A stretch of DNA of 64,000 bases. Source: Eledone cirrhosa. Its lineage: Eukaryota. Under the pieces are notes generated by a model. That model saw nothing but the letters and a program-made list of their open reading frames with translations, ran no database searches and had not been told where the DNA came from. The stretch is taken from the NCBI GenBank assembly GCA_964016885.1, contig OZ024740.1, positions 278,752,001 through 278,816,000 on the forward strand, given 5' to 3'. Within the stretch, counting starts at the first letter, position 1. Each line of letters opens with the position of its first letter. Position numbers and translations under genes: made by a program. This document shows positions 42,681 through 58,544 of this stretch, piece after piece.

Positions 42681-42931
42681 TACATATATATATATATATT
42701 ATACGTATTTTTGTATATATATATATGTTTATTTTATATAAATCATATATATATATATGTGTGTGTGTGTGTTTATATTATATAAATCATATATATATAT
42801 ACATATTTATATGATATATCATATTCATGTATTATCTACTTCGGAATTGAGTACTCGTTTCTTTTGTCTCTCGGCTACATACAAATATATATATATATAT
42901 TATATTATATATATCATATTTATATAGTATA

Positions 42932-43007
<76 letters not shown>

Positions 43008-43122
43008 CATTATACATATATTATATATGCATATATATATTAAATCTATATGCATATATATTATATATGTAGCTATTATATATATATATATATTAATATC
43101 TATATTATGTATATGTATTTGA

Positions 43123-43178
<56 letters not shown>

Positions 43179-43190
43179 TTATGTTTATAT

Positions 43191-43271
<81 letters not shown>

Positions 43272-43276
43272 ATTAT

Positions 43277-43735
43277 AAAATATGAGGAAATAATAGACAA
43301 AAATATTCCTATTCTTTCTTCAAAGTCCCGACTGCAGTTTCGCCGATCTGTGTGCCCCGATTTCTGCACTTTAAAAGAGCATTATCGCTGTGAGGTTGAT
43401 ACGGCTTATCAAGCGACCCCTCAGAAAAAGGATTGTTTCCTGGCGCGCTTATAGCAAGTGAGAAAATCTCAGAGGCGGAGGGAGAGATTAACACGTGATA
43501 CAGTGGTAAAAAAAAAGAAATGTTTCTTTCGTAACAAGTGATAATTTCTCGAGAGGCGTGGAGGGAGGTGCAGAAATCGGTGCACACGGATCGGCGAAAC
43601 TGCAGTCGGGACTTTGAAGAAAGAATAGGTATATTTTTGTCTATTATTTCCTCATATTTTGTAATTTGATAAATAGATCTGATTATGGAGTTGATTTAAT
43701 TATTTTAGTTATTTTAACTCTTTCGGTGATCGAGC
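43277..43735 (+). mobile_element. Solo pLTR-like foldback (93-bp arms) with the 3' half of a hammerhead
   Basis: 43277-43369 is the reverse complement of 43568-43660. GAAA-CTGCAG-T-C at 43596-43607 (palindromic stem III). CUGANGA box not identified. Follows (TA)n. Confidence 0.6.
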
Positions 43736-44142
43736 AAAACTTGTTAAGGCGGACACCGCACACACACATATACATATGAATATATGTGTGTGTATTTCAT
43801 TGTTATATATATAAACGTTTGTATATGTATAATAAAGCCAAAACAATGCAGGTATGGACATAGAATAAAGAATGAAAATGCAAAAGATATTGTTGACAAT
43901 TAGTCTTTTACCTTAGATTTATTTAAATGTCCTTAATTTTCGAGATAATATCTCTTCTTCGGAGGGAAGTAAAGCGGTTAAACCAGTGTTCTAAATAGCT
44001 TGCCAACATATATATACATATACATAATATAGATATTAATATATATATAATAGGTACATAAATATAATATATATGCATATATATATATATATATATATTA
44101 CTCCAAAATATTAATAAATATAGACATTCATGTGATCAAATA

Positions 44143-44208
44143 TATTTTATTATACATATTTCAGAGGTACTGAGCTATTTCATCAGTACGTCCTCATCAG
44201 ATAAAATA
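44143..44208 (-). ncRNA. Type I hammerhead ribozyme (family D)
   Basis: Minus strand: TATTTTAT-CTGATGA-GGAC-GTACTGA..TCAGTAC-CTCT-GAAA-TATGTA-T-A-ATAAAATA. Confidence 0.75.
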
Positions 44209-45396
44209 AATTGATATCTGACATACCTCAACTGTGCTGATGGTTCAATTCCAGTCTTGGCAGTGATTAGTTATGACAAAACTCAATATATATATATACC
44301 ATAATTTGTAACATGACAAACTACATATAATTGAGAGGGTACGTAGGAGAAAGTGTATAGAAATATAATAATAAATATAAGTATATATAAAGGCAAGTAA
44401 AAAATATAAACATATAACTACATAATTGTCAAAAATTTAAATAATTAAATATGTAAACCTCCATATTATAGAAGGAGCAAATGAGGGAGCGAGAGAGTTA
44501 AATAGAGGATAGAAAGAAAGGATAGAGAGATGATACTAAAAACAAAGAAAGGGAGTTATATATGGTAAAATATAATTACATAAGAAGGAGAATAAAGGTA
44601 TATGATGCGTGACCGTTTTTTTTTTTTCAAATATTAATTTAGGTAGAAATAATTAAATAATTAAATAACTTGAAATTTTTAGTCTATATTATTTGAAAGA
44701 AAATATATTAAATTAAAACAAATATATAGTGAAAAAGATAATTCAATTTAACATAATTCCAAGGGTAATCATGCGTATAATTAAATTATTAAATATACTC
44801 AATAATTTAGTTAGAAAGATCAAAATTAAAAATTAAAAATGTTAGTAAATATAATGTTATAAATGTAGTAAATATGATATTATTAAACCAGATTTATTTA
44901 GATATTAGCATTTGTATAGTTCTTTTATAAACTATAAGATTTAAATCGATATTTGTCAATTATATATAATAATTATTAGGTATAATTACACTTAAGAGTG
45001 TTATAACTTTGATTTAACTAGATTTTACTGTATTCAATACTATAAATCAAGTTAAGTACAGATTATTAATCAATTTACATAAAACGAAACTTTTATACGA
45101 TAAATGTAAACAATATCTTCGTACGACGTATTCAAACATTTAAATTAATTAAACGGTTTAAGAGTCTGAAGATATTACAGATATTAAATTTATAAAATAC
45201 AGGATTTGAAAAATACTAAATCAAAACTACGGGTATTTAAACAATCAAGAGATTAACATACTCATTAAAAGAGTAGGTATACATTTCCTAAGGTTAGGTA
45301 GAAACATTATACACAATATTAATAATAGCATATAAATAAACATATATATATATACAAAAATACTTATAATATATATGTAGTATATATATATATATA

Positions 45397-45445
<49 letters not shown>

Positions 45446-45564
45446 GCATATATATATATACATACATACATACATACATACATACATACATGGTAATATA
45501 TATATACACATATATATGTATGTGTGTGTGTGTGTGTATGTGTGTGTGTGCGTGTGTGTGCGTG

Positions 45565-45707
<143 letters not shown>

Positions 45708-46388
45708 GGTTCCTTAGGCATTACTTTATTATTTCTTCCATGACAGAACCTCGTGCCTCATCTTAATTTTTATTTTCATGACTTTCAAATATGTACAGTT
45801 TTCTTTTGTGCTTGTTTGTTTTTCTTCAGCTGTAACTGTTTTTTAATTAAATTAGATCATTTGATCATCTTTTTCTTGTGCTACAATTAGATTTGGCACG
45901 TTATTTGCATTAACCTCTAATTCAAGCTTCTTTGAAAATTATACTTCATTATAAACATGTGTTTATTTTCCCCTAAACCTTAAACATCAAAAACATTCCA
46001 AGGGATCATTTTCTTTTCATTCTTCTTGTTTGTTTTTTATAAACTTTATTCTTGTTTGCTTGTTTGTTTGTTTTTGTTGTTTGTTGTTGTTGTTGTTTTT
46101 TGTTTTGTTTTGTTTGTTTGTTTGTTTGTTTTTGTTTTTTGCAAGAGTGAGAACTTGCTAGAAGGTCTATTTACTAAGACATTAATTTTCTACTTAATAC
46201 TTTTCCAAATTACGTTTCACCTATAAATAAATATTTTTATGATAGTTTTTTTCTTATATTTTTTTTTACATATATTCTCATCGTGTTTTACAATGTCTAA
46301 AATATTTTAGTGAATAATAAATTAATTCAGAGTCGTAATTATGTCTGTTTATGAGCCCCGGATTGACTATGGCTAAAGAAAAAAGATA

Positions 46389-46580
46389 CCAAGGTGTGCT
46401 GAAAAGTCCCTGGCTTTCAGGGTATCGCGAAATGGTAGAGATGTTACCTTTACAGGGGCGGTAAGACCGCTGCAAGAAGTGTGTGAATCTGGGAGGGGAA
46501 TATGTTGAATAAAATCATGATTAACTGATCCTCGGGTATTTTCTTTTATCCAAAGCCGGGAACTTTTCAGTAACCGCTTA
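46389..46580 (+). mobile_element. Internally deleted mariner-like element
   Basis: TIRs CTGAAAAGTCCCTGGCTTT / AAAGCCGGGAACTTTTCAG, TA flanks, transposase C-terminus RCKKCVNLGGEYVE*. Confidence 0.75.
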
Positions 46581-47549
46581 TATGTTCATCATGGCTGGAA
46601 TGCTTTTAATCAGATGTCTCCTCGACTGCGTTCACATGCGAGGATGTTAAATAACAACTGTAAGAAATCCATAGGATATTAATGCAAATAACGCTGTCGA
46701 TCTCAACCCTACATTTGACATGATCTTAATATGAATTTGATTCGACCGTTAATATGAATTTGACTAAATATGAATTTGACTACGAACAGAACAGAATAGA
46801 TATATTGTCGATCCAAAGTGGAATAAAGAGTTACAAAGAGGAAGAAAGTAACTGAAAGAAAGAGAAAGATGCGAAAAGAGGGAGAATTGTGGGAAATAGG
46901 AGGAAGTGGAAGAAGGAGAGGGAATTCGGCTAAACAAAGGTAAAGAGATGTAAAGAGGGTAAATGTGGCCGAAAGGAAGTGAAAGAAGCCAAAAGAAGCA
47001 AAAGTGGCGAAATGGGGGATAAGAGAGAGGGGAGAAAAGGGCAATGTGACCTAAAGAATGTTAAAGAGACATAAAGATGACGAAAGTTAAAGCGACACAG
47101 AGATAACGAAAGTGGCTGAAAGGGAGCAAAAGAAGAAAAAAGGCAGAATGATAATATAGTTGTGATCAATAATAATAATAAACAATTAAATAACAACACC
47201 AATAATGTAAGTACGCCTAATAATATATTGAATAAGGTTAACCAACGTGTCACATAACACCACTGAAATACAATCCCTCTCAAATACTGATCGTACAACA
47301 TATGCAACAAATAGCAATACAGTAGATAATACCGTGGCCGATAGTAGAAAGTGCAATTGTCATATCCCTGCTCAATGCCCTCTAAAAAACTAGTGCCTTA
47401 CTGAAAATGTGATATATATAAATGCATAATATCAATAGGTAACTAAATATTTTATTATATAGGGGGACAACGTTCGCCTTTTAAGGGAAGATTTTACAAT
47501 CACATCTATTCATTTAAAAATATTAATAAGAAACAAAATACCGGCCCAA

Positions 47550-47810
47550 ATGGGATTCCTCCGAAGGGTCTTTGGAGTAACGTTACTTGATAGAGCGCGT
47601 AGCTCGGAGATTAGAGAGCCACTCCAGGTAAAGCTGCTACTACTCCGAATTGAGAGATCACATTTCCGATACTGTGGGCATGTAGTTAGAATGTCTCAGG
47701 AAAATATCGCTGGACTGATTTTACGAACAAAACCAACTGCTAGGAGACCTAAGGATCGACCCCGAGCAAGATGGTTGAATAACATCCATGAGTTCGGCTG
47801 GTCTCGCTTA
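47550..47810 (+). pseudogene. RTE-clade LINE C-terminal fragment
   Basis: MGFLRRVFGVTLLDR.RSSEIRE..GHVVRM..RPKDRPRARW. Confidence 0.8.
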
Positions 47811-48389
47811 GAAGAAGAATTACTTTTCCTATCTTTAATATTTTTCTAATCAAAATTTCATGCCTAATTCTTTTGTAAATCCGTGTACAGTATTGTCTCA
47901 ATTTCTCTATCGTCTGTGTTGTCTACTTTCTTATTTCATTTAAGATTAAAGGTTCTTTTCCCTATGTTCTATCTTTGTTTTGTATTTGTTTTCAAACCTT
48001 GTGTGGGTTTTACTACTCTTGTTTGTGTAGATCTAAGCCAATACCCCTTTATTTCGTAACAACAGTGGTTGAAATATATATTATGTAATTTAGTCTTGTG
48101 ATACTAATGTTTCTGTTCATGTTACGTCAACGATGGCCAAGTTAGTGTTTTGTAATCACTGCTGCTATTTTATTACGGAGTTTTATGGTTAGGAAGTCTA
48201 TTTGTTGATCTATAGGGAGATGTATTGTTTGACCGTTTTAGATTATTTCCACCTTTATCCTACTGTGGAGCTGAATTCCACTTTAGGGTTTCCTTTTCCT
48301 ACATCTTTCTCCTCATATTCCCTTTCATTTGTATTTTTCTTTGTGTGTTCCTGAAGTGGTTTTTGTTGTAAATCTATGACAAAGCAGCA

Positions 48390-48890
48390 GCAACAACAAT
48401 AACATTCTTACGTACACACGTACTTTATCAAATGAAAATCTTCCAAACATAAATCTCAATTTATTTGATTACAAACGTTCTTTCAGGTAAAAAAAGAATC
48501 ATATAAAACATTTTGAAAAAATACAAAACGTATAACATTGTGTCAATAAGACAAACACTAGAATGTATTACTCAAGCGCAAAAGAACGTTATATATCCAT
48601 ACTCTGTGAAAATCACTGGTGCTTTTTATGTTCTGACAAGGGGCCAAATAGATGAAAGCCCTGAAGGTATACGCAATGAAATATGGAGAGAAAATCATAT
48701 AGAATCTCAAAACGATAACTACTGAGTACACGTTATCTATGTCTCTAATTCTAACCGGTAATTGCTATACGACAGGTAGAGAAGAATGTGATCTATGTTC
48801 TATGAACATTGTTCAGATGAGACACAAAATTGGCTTGATCAATAAACACAGCGAAATATTAGCTAATTCTGCACAAATATTACCAATCAT
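48390..48890 (+). pseudogene. Highly degenerate PLE GIY-YIG remnant related to the 16930 element
   Basis: YTTGREECDLC..LINKHSEI resembles YNGNKRPCDLC..LNKKSEAI. Confidence 0.4.
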
Positions 48891-49170
48891 TCTTAAAAGC
48901 TTCAAATAACCTCTAAGAATCTCATAAAAATAAACGTCCTTACAAATTTGATATCACCTAGTAGCTATTTAAGTGCCACCTCCTGTTCTCCTATATACAT
49001 ATATTCAATGTATATCTGACATATATGTATTAATATGTACATAATAGAAGCCTCATAAACATGTAATTGTCAGAGTAATCATCTCATCTACTTTGAGTTA
49101 CATAGCGCCCAATGCTTGGAGGAGAAACAAGATATAAAGACACACATACATCACCGACACACATACACAC

Positions 49171-49408
<238 letters not shown>

Positions 49409-49839
49409 TGAATAGAACACATCAGAACAAACAAAAGACACAAAGAAGCAAAAAGCCACAATAATCATTGAGAAAGTCACAGGATCTGTAACAAAAGAGC
49501 TTTGACAATTAACGAAACGGCCAGAGCTCAGCCGTCGGGGTCATGACTCTTTTCCTATTACCCACTCTACTACCCTAAGTATCGAGTACCCTGGTACGTT
49601 ATGGTCCACCTGGTTTCTTACCACACTTTCTTTGCTTTTTATATATATATATATATATATATTTATTTATTTATTAAAATAACAGATTAAAGTTTAAGCA
49701 AAGAATCGCTGCTTTCACCCTTAACGGGATCTTCTGAAACTATATATACATTGGAATTTCGTATTTCAGAAGAAATACGGTATGTTTAAAATAAATATTT
49801 AGAGCTATGCCAAAACACCAGCGACTAACGCCGTCTAGC

Positions 49840-50420
49840 CCCCTCATTCTTACTCTTGTGTTGACCTACCAACTGTCAGAACTAGTGAAAATATATGATA
49901 TTTTCTAAAATATACAGTGACTGCTTGGCCTGATTTGCATATTAGCAGACTGGTTGGTCAGTCAGATCTGCATATTAGCAAGCAGATCCACTGATCAGCC
50001 AGATTTGCATATCAGCAGCCTGGCCAGTCAGTTTCCTGTATACAAGCGATCAATGGCCGGCTTTGCCATATTCAAATTTTACAAAAAAGGATTTTCGCTC
50101 TACATAGCTGAATACAATAAATGTAATCTAAGCTTTTCGAATATTAATAATAATATTCGATTCGTTTGCAATTATGCAAACAAGCCTCATTTTTAAAGCC
50201 ATGTCAGTGGAATGACCCCCTTATTCTTGCTCTTATGTTGGCATGTAAACAGAACTGCAGACGCTAATGTTTCTGGGTATCACCCTTCATCAGTACAGTT
50301 CACTGTTCACCTGCCAACTGCCAGAGCTAGTGAAAATATATGATATTTTCTAAAATATACAGTGACTGATCGGCCTGATTTGCATATTAGCAGACTGGCT
50401 GATCAGTCAGATCTGCACAT
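49840..50420 (-). mobile_element. Retrozyme-like partial tandem, family F (445-bp period) with octamer repeats
   Basis: 49864-49975 is repeated at 50309-50420. ATTTGCAT at 49933, 50003 and 50378. Hammerhead at 50252-50301. Confidence 0.75.
50252..50301 (-). ncRNA. Type I hammerhead ribozyme (family F)
   Basis: Minus strand: GAACTGTA-CTGATGA-A-GGGT-GAT-ACCC-A-GAAA-CATTAGCG-T-C-TGCAGTTC. GUC triplet. Stem I extends to GTTGGCA/TGCCAAC. Confidence 0.85.
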
Positions 50421-52267
50421 GATATTTCTATCCGGTGCGGAGCGGAAGAGATATGCAACATGCAGTTTCATGAAACTAGGTAGTAACAAGCCACCTTTTT
50501 CTGTTAGTTACAACGAACGGTCTTGGGCTTCGGTCCTCTGTTATACTGACATTGCTCGTATTTCTTTCTCATTGGTCTCCTGTTGTGTCCATATCAACAA
50601 GGCTCTCCTCAACAAAGTAAATACTAACATGATCAATGCATACAAGGCTGCTCGTGCGACTTGGCCTTCATCCTGTGGCTGTTTCCTCTATCCAACACAA
50701 ATGGGACGCCATCCAATGCGTCAAAACCTCAGGCAGCCTTGTGCACCTGCTTATCCAGCATGTTTCAGCTCCACCGTCCAGCCTGACAGCGTCACCTTAT
50801 TGAACGCCATACTCCCGCACTCAACACAGTTTGGCAGTGACTGTCTCTGCATTGACGTCTCCTTCAGGTTCAGTCTCTGAATCTACAAGCAACACAAATA
50901 CGGTTACGGGTCTATAGCAGACGCTTTGGGACTCACTGTTAGTTCATCTCAGCGCCGGTCACCTCCCAGGACATGCCACTCTCAGCCAGATCGTTAAACA
51001 TAGCTTAGGCACAGCTGGCTTCCCCTCTCAACTGCAACCTACTGGCTTAAACCAATGGCGAAGTAAAAGCTCGGACTGCATCACAATATTCCCGTTCCGA
51101 TGTGCTAAGCCACTTATTTCGAGATTCAACACGCAGTGATACTTTCTCTGGTGGTAACCTGATGATATCCCCGTCAGACCGAATCTGAGGATCATAAGCT
51201 GTCAAAGTACTAACCACTCTCTGATGGGTTTATCATCGAATCCTGGTTTCTCATCGAACATCTGGCGTCGTGAGTCTTCGAACCAACACCCAATTTACAG
51301 TGAAGATGGTCAAAAAAGAACAAGATCCATGAGTTGAACTGGCTCTCATCTTCTTCGCCATCTTCTAAGATAAAGCATTTACCATTCTAGCCGCCACAAC
51401 CAAGAAGCGACAACAATAAAATAGATACATTTCTTCTAAAAGTAAAAATTAAAAATACACCTCAAAAAACTTAAACTGAAATCAGTATTCTAATAATTGG
51501 CATACATATCAATATCTATAAATAAATGAAAGCCAAAAGGCCTCTGAAAGAAGAAGACAGAGAATAAGTTACATATGACAAAAAATCAGAATATTAGAAA
51601 ATAAAACTAACAAGTTTTTCCGTAATTTCCCACACTGCGACGCTGTTTCATCTAACTCGATTTGTTGATGTGAATATCAATTTCTAGCATCTTATTTTCT
51701 GTTTGATAAATGTTTGGGTGTGGGCGTGTGTGCGTGTGTGCGTGTGTATGTGTACTTGTATGTGTATGTATGTATGTGTGTATTAGCAGACGACAGATAA
51801 ATAGATTGATTTAATTATGTATAGAGACATATAGACAGACAAACAACGATATGTACTCTAATAATGATAAAATTAAAACATATATAACCAAAATACAGTA
51901 CAGAAAATACAGAACATAAAACCAAATATTGTTTTGTTTTATTTTACTTTGAGTAGTTTTAAAATAACAGAGGAATTAGAAGCTGTCAGAATCAAGACCA
52001 ACTTTTTTGTGCTTGTGGTTATTTTGCCATCAATAAAATAGAAGATTCGCTACTGGCTTGATATTATCTTTTAAAATCCCACTTGTAAATCTGGCTAATC
52101 TCCAATATAAATGTGCAGAAAGAAAGATGTTTCCATTTTCTATCACTAATATGAGACGCCAATATCTCTGGTGATAAACGTGACAATTTCTGAAGTTAAG
52201 AGAACTAATTTTGTATATACATACATACATATATATATATATGTGTGAGTGTGTGTGTATATATATA

Positions 52268-52313
<46 letters not shown>

Positions 52314-52429
52314 AAATCTGTTATTTTAATAAATATTTGCTCTACGGTTCTTATATATTTGATATATATTTATCCTTATCGAGCCCTCTTTGGATTTTAG
52401 TCTTCAAATTTATTATTATTACTATATAT

Positions 52430-53862
<1,433 letters not shown>

Positions 53863-54006
53863 AATAATATTGTCAGAAATAATTACGGAACACACTCACT
53901 GTTTGGTTGGTTTTCGCTTCTGTATCTTTTATATCTCCACAGTTAATTCATTTGGCCATCAATGTTTATCACTGACTAACCAACGGTCAAAAATACAGAT
54001 ATAAAT

Positions 54007-54794
54007 ACATATTAAATGTATAAATTGAGTTAGGAACTCAAAATAGTCTCTTACAATAAAATAGCTCTAAGAAAGAGATATTTCTGAGCCGTATATTATA
54101 ATAGAATATAAAAGAAAAGCGAACACAGATATATATAGATATATGTGTTCAAATCGTAAGGGACCTGATTCGCTAAGGTATAAAGAATACTAACTATAGA
54201 TAATTGGGTTCGCTTGTCTCAATTTAAGAAAAAATTAAGAAAATAAATACAAACCGGAATTGTGCTAACTACCAATCACCCAGACAACTTGTTGTTGTTT
54301 CGCAAATTTAGTTGTGAATAGAAATACTAATCCAAGCTCATCAGTGGGTGATAAATTAGTATCCTAGACACATCTATGTATGTTATATATAAAAAATAAA
54401 ACACCGCACATGGCATCCTAGCGAGTCTCACAAACCCACACCACTAAAAATAGCAGCCAGGTTTACTCGACATTTGAAATGTGTTCGCTTTTCTTTTATA
54501 TTCTATTATAATATACGGCTCAGAAATATCTCTTTCTGAGAGCTATTTTGTTGTAAGAGACTATTTTGAGTTCCTAATTCAATTTATACATTTAATATAT
54601 TCGGCTCCGTTAATTTGTTGAGCTATTTCAAATGTCGAGTAAACCTGGCTGCTATTTTTAGTGGTGTGGGTTTGTGAGACTCGCTAGGATGCCAATGTGC
54701 GCTGTTTTATTTTTTATATATAGCATACATAGATGTCTCTAGGATACTAATTTATCACCCACTGATGAGCTTGGATTAGTATTTCTATTCACAA
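54007..54794. mobile_element. Hammerhead-bearing non-coding element, A-X-B-A'-s-B' arrangement (~500-nt permuted monomer)
   Basis: 54007-54127 is the reverse complement of 54481-54599. 54312-54480 is the reverse complement of 54626-54794. Confidence 0.8.
54275..54352 (-). ncRNA. Canonical type I hammerhead ribozyme
   Basis: Minus strand: ATCACCCA-CTGATGA-GC..TTAGT..ACTAA..GC-GAAA-CAAC-AACAA-GTTG-T-C-TGGGTGAT. 8-bp stem I, full stem III, GUC triplet. Confidence 0.9.
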
Positions 54795-55085
54795 GTTTTT
54801 ATACTAGTTTCAGTCATTGAGCTGCGACTATCGTGAAGCACTGCTTTCAATGATTTTGTACTTTTGGTTTGTTTGTTTGTCAATTATATCTACTTAGTCA
54901 GAGGTGGAACTCATTCATTAATCTCTGCTTATCAAATGGCTAAGTTTACCTAAGTTAGGTTTCTTTATAAAGTTAGATCATTGTAAGGACTTAAATCCAG
55001 AAATACTCCGAGATTTATACCGATGTTCACACATATATTTGGTAAACGGAATTTGCGGAAGCCTATCAGGCAAAATATATATCTT

Positions 55086-55209
<124 letters not shown>

Positions 55210-55329
55210 AACAGGCTTCCGCAGATTCCGTTCACCAAATTTCCCTTACAAAGCAATAAACGACATTCTCCCATTTATACCAGAGAGGGTGATGGCGGGC
55301 AAAGTAGTCAAGCACTCCTTCCGGCGGAT

Positions 55330-55690
55330 CCTGTCAGAAGCAACTATCTCCAATTGATGCAGTTGGATACCCAGCCAAGCTCTTGAATGTTATCCAACCA
55401 TCTTACTCGCGATCTACCCCTAGGTCTCCTGTCACTTGTCCGTAGTTTCGGAGCTGTGATCTCTCAATTCGGAGAAGTAGCGACCCTACCTGGAGTGATC
55501 TCTGATCTACGAGCTACACATTTTATCGAATAACGATACTCCAAAGACCCTTCAGAGGAATTTCATTTCAGCCGCTTTTATTCGCGATCGTATTATTTTA
55601 TTTATTACCCAAGATTCATGACCATAGGTAAAGGTTGGCACGAATACCGAATTAAAGATAGCGAGTTTGGCTTTTACACTTACCCACCAA
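55330..55690 (-). pseudogene. RTE-clade LINE fragment
   Basis: KAKLAIFNSVFVPTFTYGHESWV..IRSRIKAAEMKFL. Homologous to the 47550 fragment. Confidence 0.8.
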
Positions 55691-57139
55691 CTTTTGATGA
55701 AGATTAATATATAACGCTTGTCCAAACGACCACGTAGTGGAATTGAACTCGGAATTATGTGATCACGAAGGAAACTCTTTAACCACACAGCTATACATTT
55801 GTTCATATGTGTATAAAATATAAAAAGCTTTATTTTATAATTTTCTTATTTCTCCTACAAATAAACTTTATTTATGTATATCCACGTTCGAATCTTAGCA
55901 TTCTTACTATAATGTCGTTCGATTACGAAAAACAAAAATCAAATACTGTCAAATTTGTCAAACACTTTAAACAATCGGATCTATAGAAGGTAAACATCTT
56001 TTACACTCGTTGTTCAAAAAAATAATCAAAATTGTCTGAATGAACCAGTAAGTGACTAGAACAAGTAAACTCTTATTTATTTCTAATAAGAAGTATGTCC
56101 TGAAAATTATAACATTCACTATTGATCTAAGTGTATCACTGTCAAGTACGCCCAGTGTAATTACTGCCAGCAAACTTTATTCCAAATAAAACAATAAATG
56201 TTACTAAAAACATTCATAGAACTTTTCATGAATTTCAGATGGCATCTAGAAAACAAAGAGCTAGCTAATTAAATAACATGAATGTATTTTTCTCACGGGT
56301 TTTAACGTCTTTGGGATAATATATGCTATTCACGATGGACAATTACCTTAGTAAATACTACCTTTGGGGAAGACATGTAAAAACAAGAATCTCAGATGCT
56401 ATCCGTTAATGAATTGTCCTAAGAGAAAGAAAGAAAGAAATATCACCTTATAAAAGTCCATAAGCTTCCACGACACATAAAAATGAAATGTGTATTAGGA
56501 AAAAATATTCCAGTCTTTTTTATTGTTTTGGTCTTAAGGCCATCTGAAACCTGTGGGATTGAAAAGTTTAGTTTATTTGGTGTTTCTACGAAAATATATG
56601 TTGTAATAACCGACAGAACCAAGTTTTACTGAATATCTGTATAATAGTTTCTTTCTTTTTGTGGTCTTTTAATGTTATGATCTGAAGTCATATCGTTATC
56701 ATTATTTTCTAGTCTCTAGAAGCGGGATTTGAACTCAGAACGTACACCTCTGGAACGAATTTTGCCTTCCAGCGGATTCTGTCAGAATTGGTCCGGCTGG
56801 ATCCTCAAGCAAGACCATATCTAACCCTGGGTCTCATGCCGGTTGATTTTGAACTTAGATTTTTCTTGTGGCACCAATTCTACCACAGAACAGGATGGAC
56901 TAGGTGTTTTTTGTCGTGGCACCAGCACTGCAAGGGATGTGTCATGAGTGGGACATTGAGTAGAGTTAGTTGCTCGTAGCAATATATTGTGGAGTGTGTC
57001 TGGCTTTCCATGCATGCAGGGTTTATACACGTAAGTTATATCAGGGACGTGCCAGGAATTGCGAGAGTGGAAGGGGGTAAGAAGCAGATCATTATCATCA
57101 GAAATTGGTATCAATTGGATTTCTCGATTCGCCATTTTA

Positions 57140-57292
57140 GGGCGGCGAATTGGCAGAGTCGTTAGAACATCGGATATTGCTTTGCGCTATTCGTTTCGGC
57201 TCTCTGCTCTTTGAGTTCAAATCACGCCAAGATCAATGTTACCTTTCATCCAAGCAAGGTCAATATAAAAAAGAACTCGTCTAGTACTGAGG
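57140..57292 (+). mobile_element. Diverged tRNA-derived SINE
   Basis: GGCGGCGAATTGGCAGAGTCGTTAGA..GAGTTCAAATC..CCTTTCATCC. Confidence 0.65.
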
Positions 57293-58544
57293 TCTATTCT
57301 TCCTCTATAATTCTTTTTCACTTTCATTCACTCTTTCTATCCTTCTCTAGAAGAAATCAGCTGTATTCAGACCTGGTGAGGAGATGGGCTCTGCCAGGTT
57401 TGTTTTAAAACAAAAAATGCCCTAGAAACGCCGTATGTCAATACGACACCCTCTGGAATTACGGATCCGTTCATACATTCACCAGTCTGGGTGTTGTTTA
57501 TCTTTCAATTAGTCGTGCAGCTGTTTCAAAACCTGATCATGCAACATGAGCTGTTTTAATGTTGACTCTCCAAAATCAATATAATAGCTTTTGGGGCTTT
57601 ATTATATTGAAACTATGTAATATGAGAGCTGCAGCTTGATAACGTCTGTCTCCCCCATTTGGTGGCTGTTGGCGTCCGGTTACGTAAGCCGAGTTTGGGA
57701 TGGTAGATGGTCCGCATTTGATTTGGAGGGTGAATGCAGTTTGGTTTGATTTGAGTCGTAAGTACAGGTTGGCGTTAGATTTAGGTTGTTTGCTGAGTTT
57801 TAATAGACTGATAGGAGCAATCACTGTCTTATTCACATATGTATAAATATCCACTTGTTAGTAACCTAGACTCTGTTAGGGGATATTGCCATAGTGATAT
57901 ACGTACCTATTGTTTATAATCTAGAAAAGCTCTACTCTTCAATAGAGAGTCTGTCCGGAGCAAAACATCAGACCCGACGTGTTCATTTGACGTCAGTATG
58001 AAGTGGTTTTGACAGTGTAAATATGTACTATCATATCTTAAATACACAGTAAGAAACTTAAACCATAAATATTTGGCCTGTTTAATTTATCGTACAATTG
58101 TTTCATAAAACCTACAATTTGACAAATATGCCCGAACACGGAAGAACCGGACTCCCACTGCCATCGCCTCCATCTCTCTCACCCTCCAAAGAGGAGAGGT
58201 TCACTGAATACCAACAGGCCAGTGGAGATATATTAGATAACTTTAGAAAAATTCTTAATTTATACGTTTAAAATCGTCTGCCTAAAAGTGCTGATAACCA
58301 CTAGAAATAGAATCCTTGAATGCTTAAATGTTACTCTCAATTATTCCCAGATAAATACAAACTTTATAGCGAATCTAATGAAAAGTTCATATGGATTAAT
58401 GTAGACTTTATCATCGCTAGCGGTATTAGTTGGACAGGCATTAATGCCCAACTAACACATACATACATACATACATACATACATGCATACATACATACAT
58501 ACATACATACATACATACATACATACATACATACATACATACAG

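Noticed and set aside
43931-43965. Minus-strand CCGAAGA-A-GAGATA/TATCTC-GAAA-ATTA motif
   Set aside because: Core mismatch, 3-bp stem I and almost no stem III. Probably a decayed pLTR hammerhead but not supportable.
50362-50880. 172-aa ORF
   Set aside because: Spans a junction between family F and an unassigned repeat remnant. No recognisable motif.
51159-51203. CTGATGA followed by a hairpin
   Set aside because: No GAAA/NUH after the stem.
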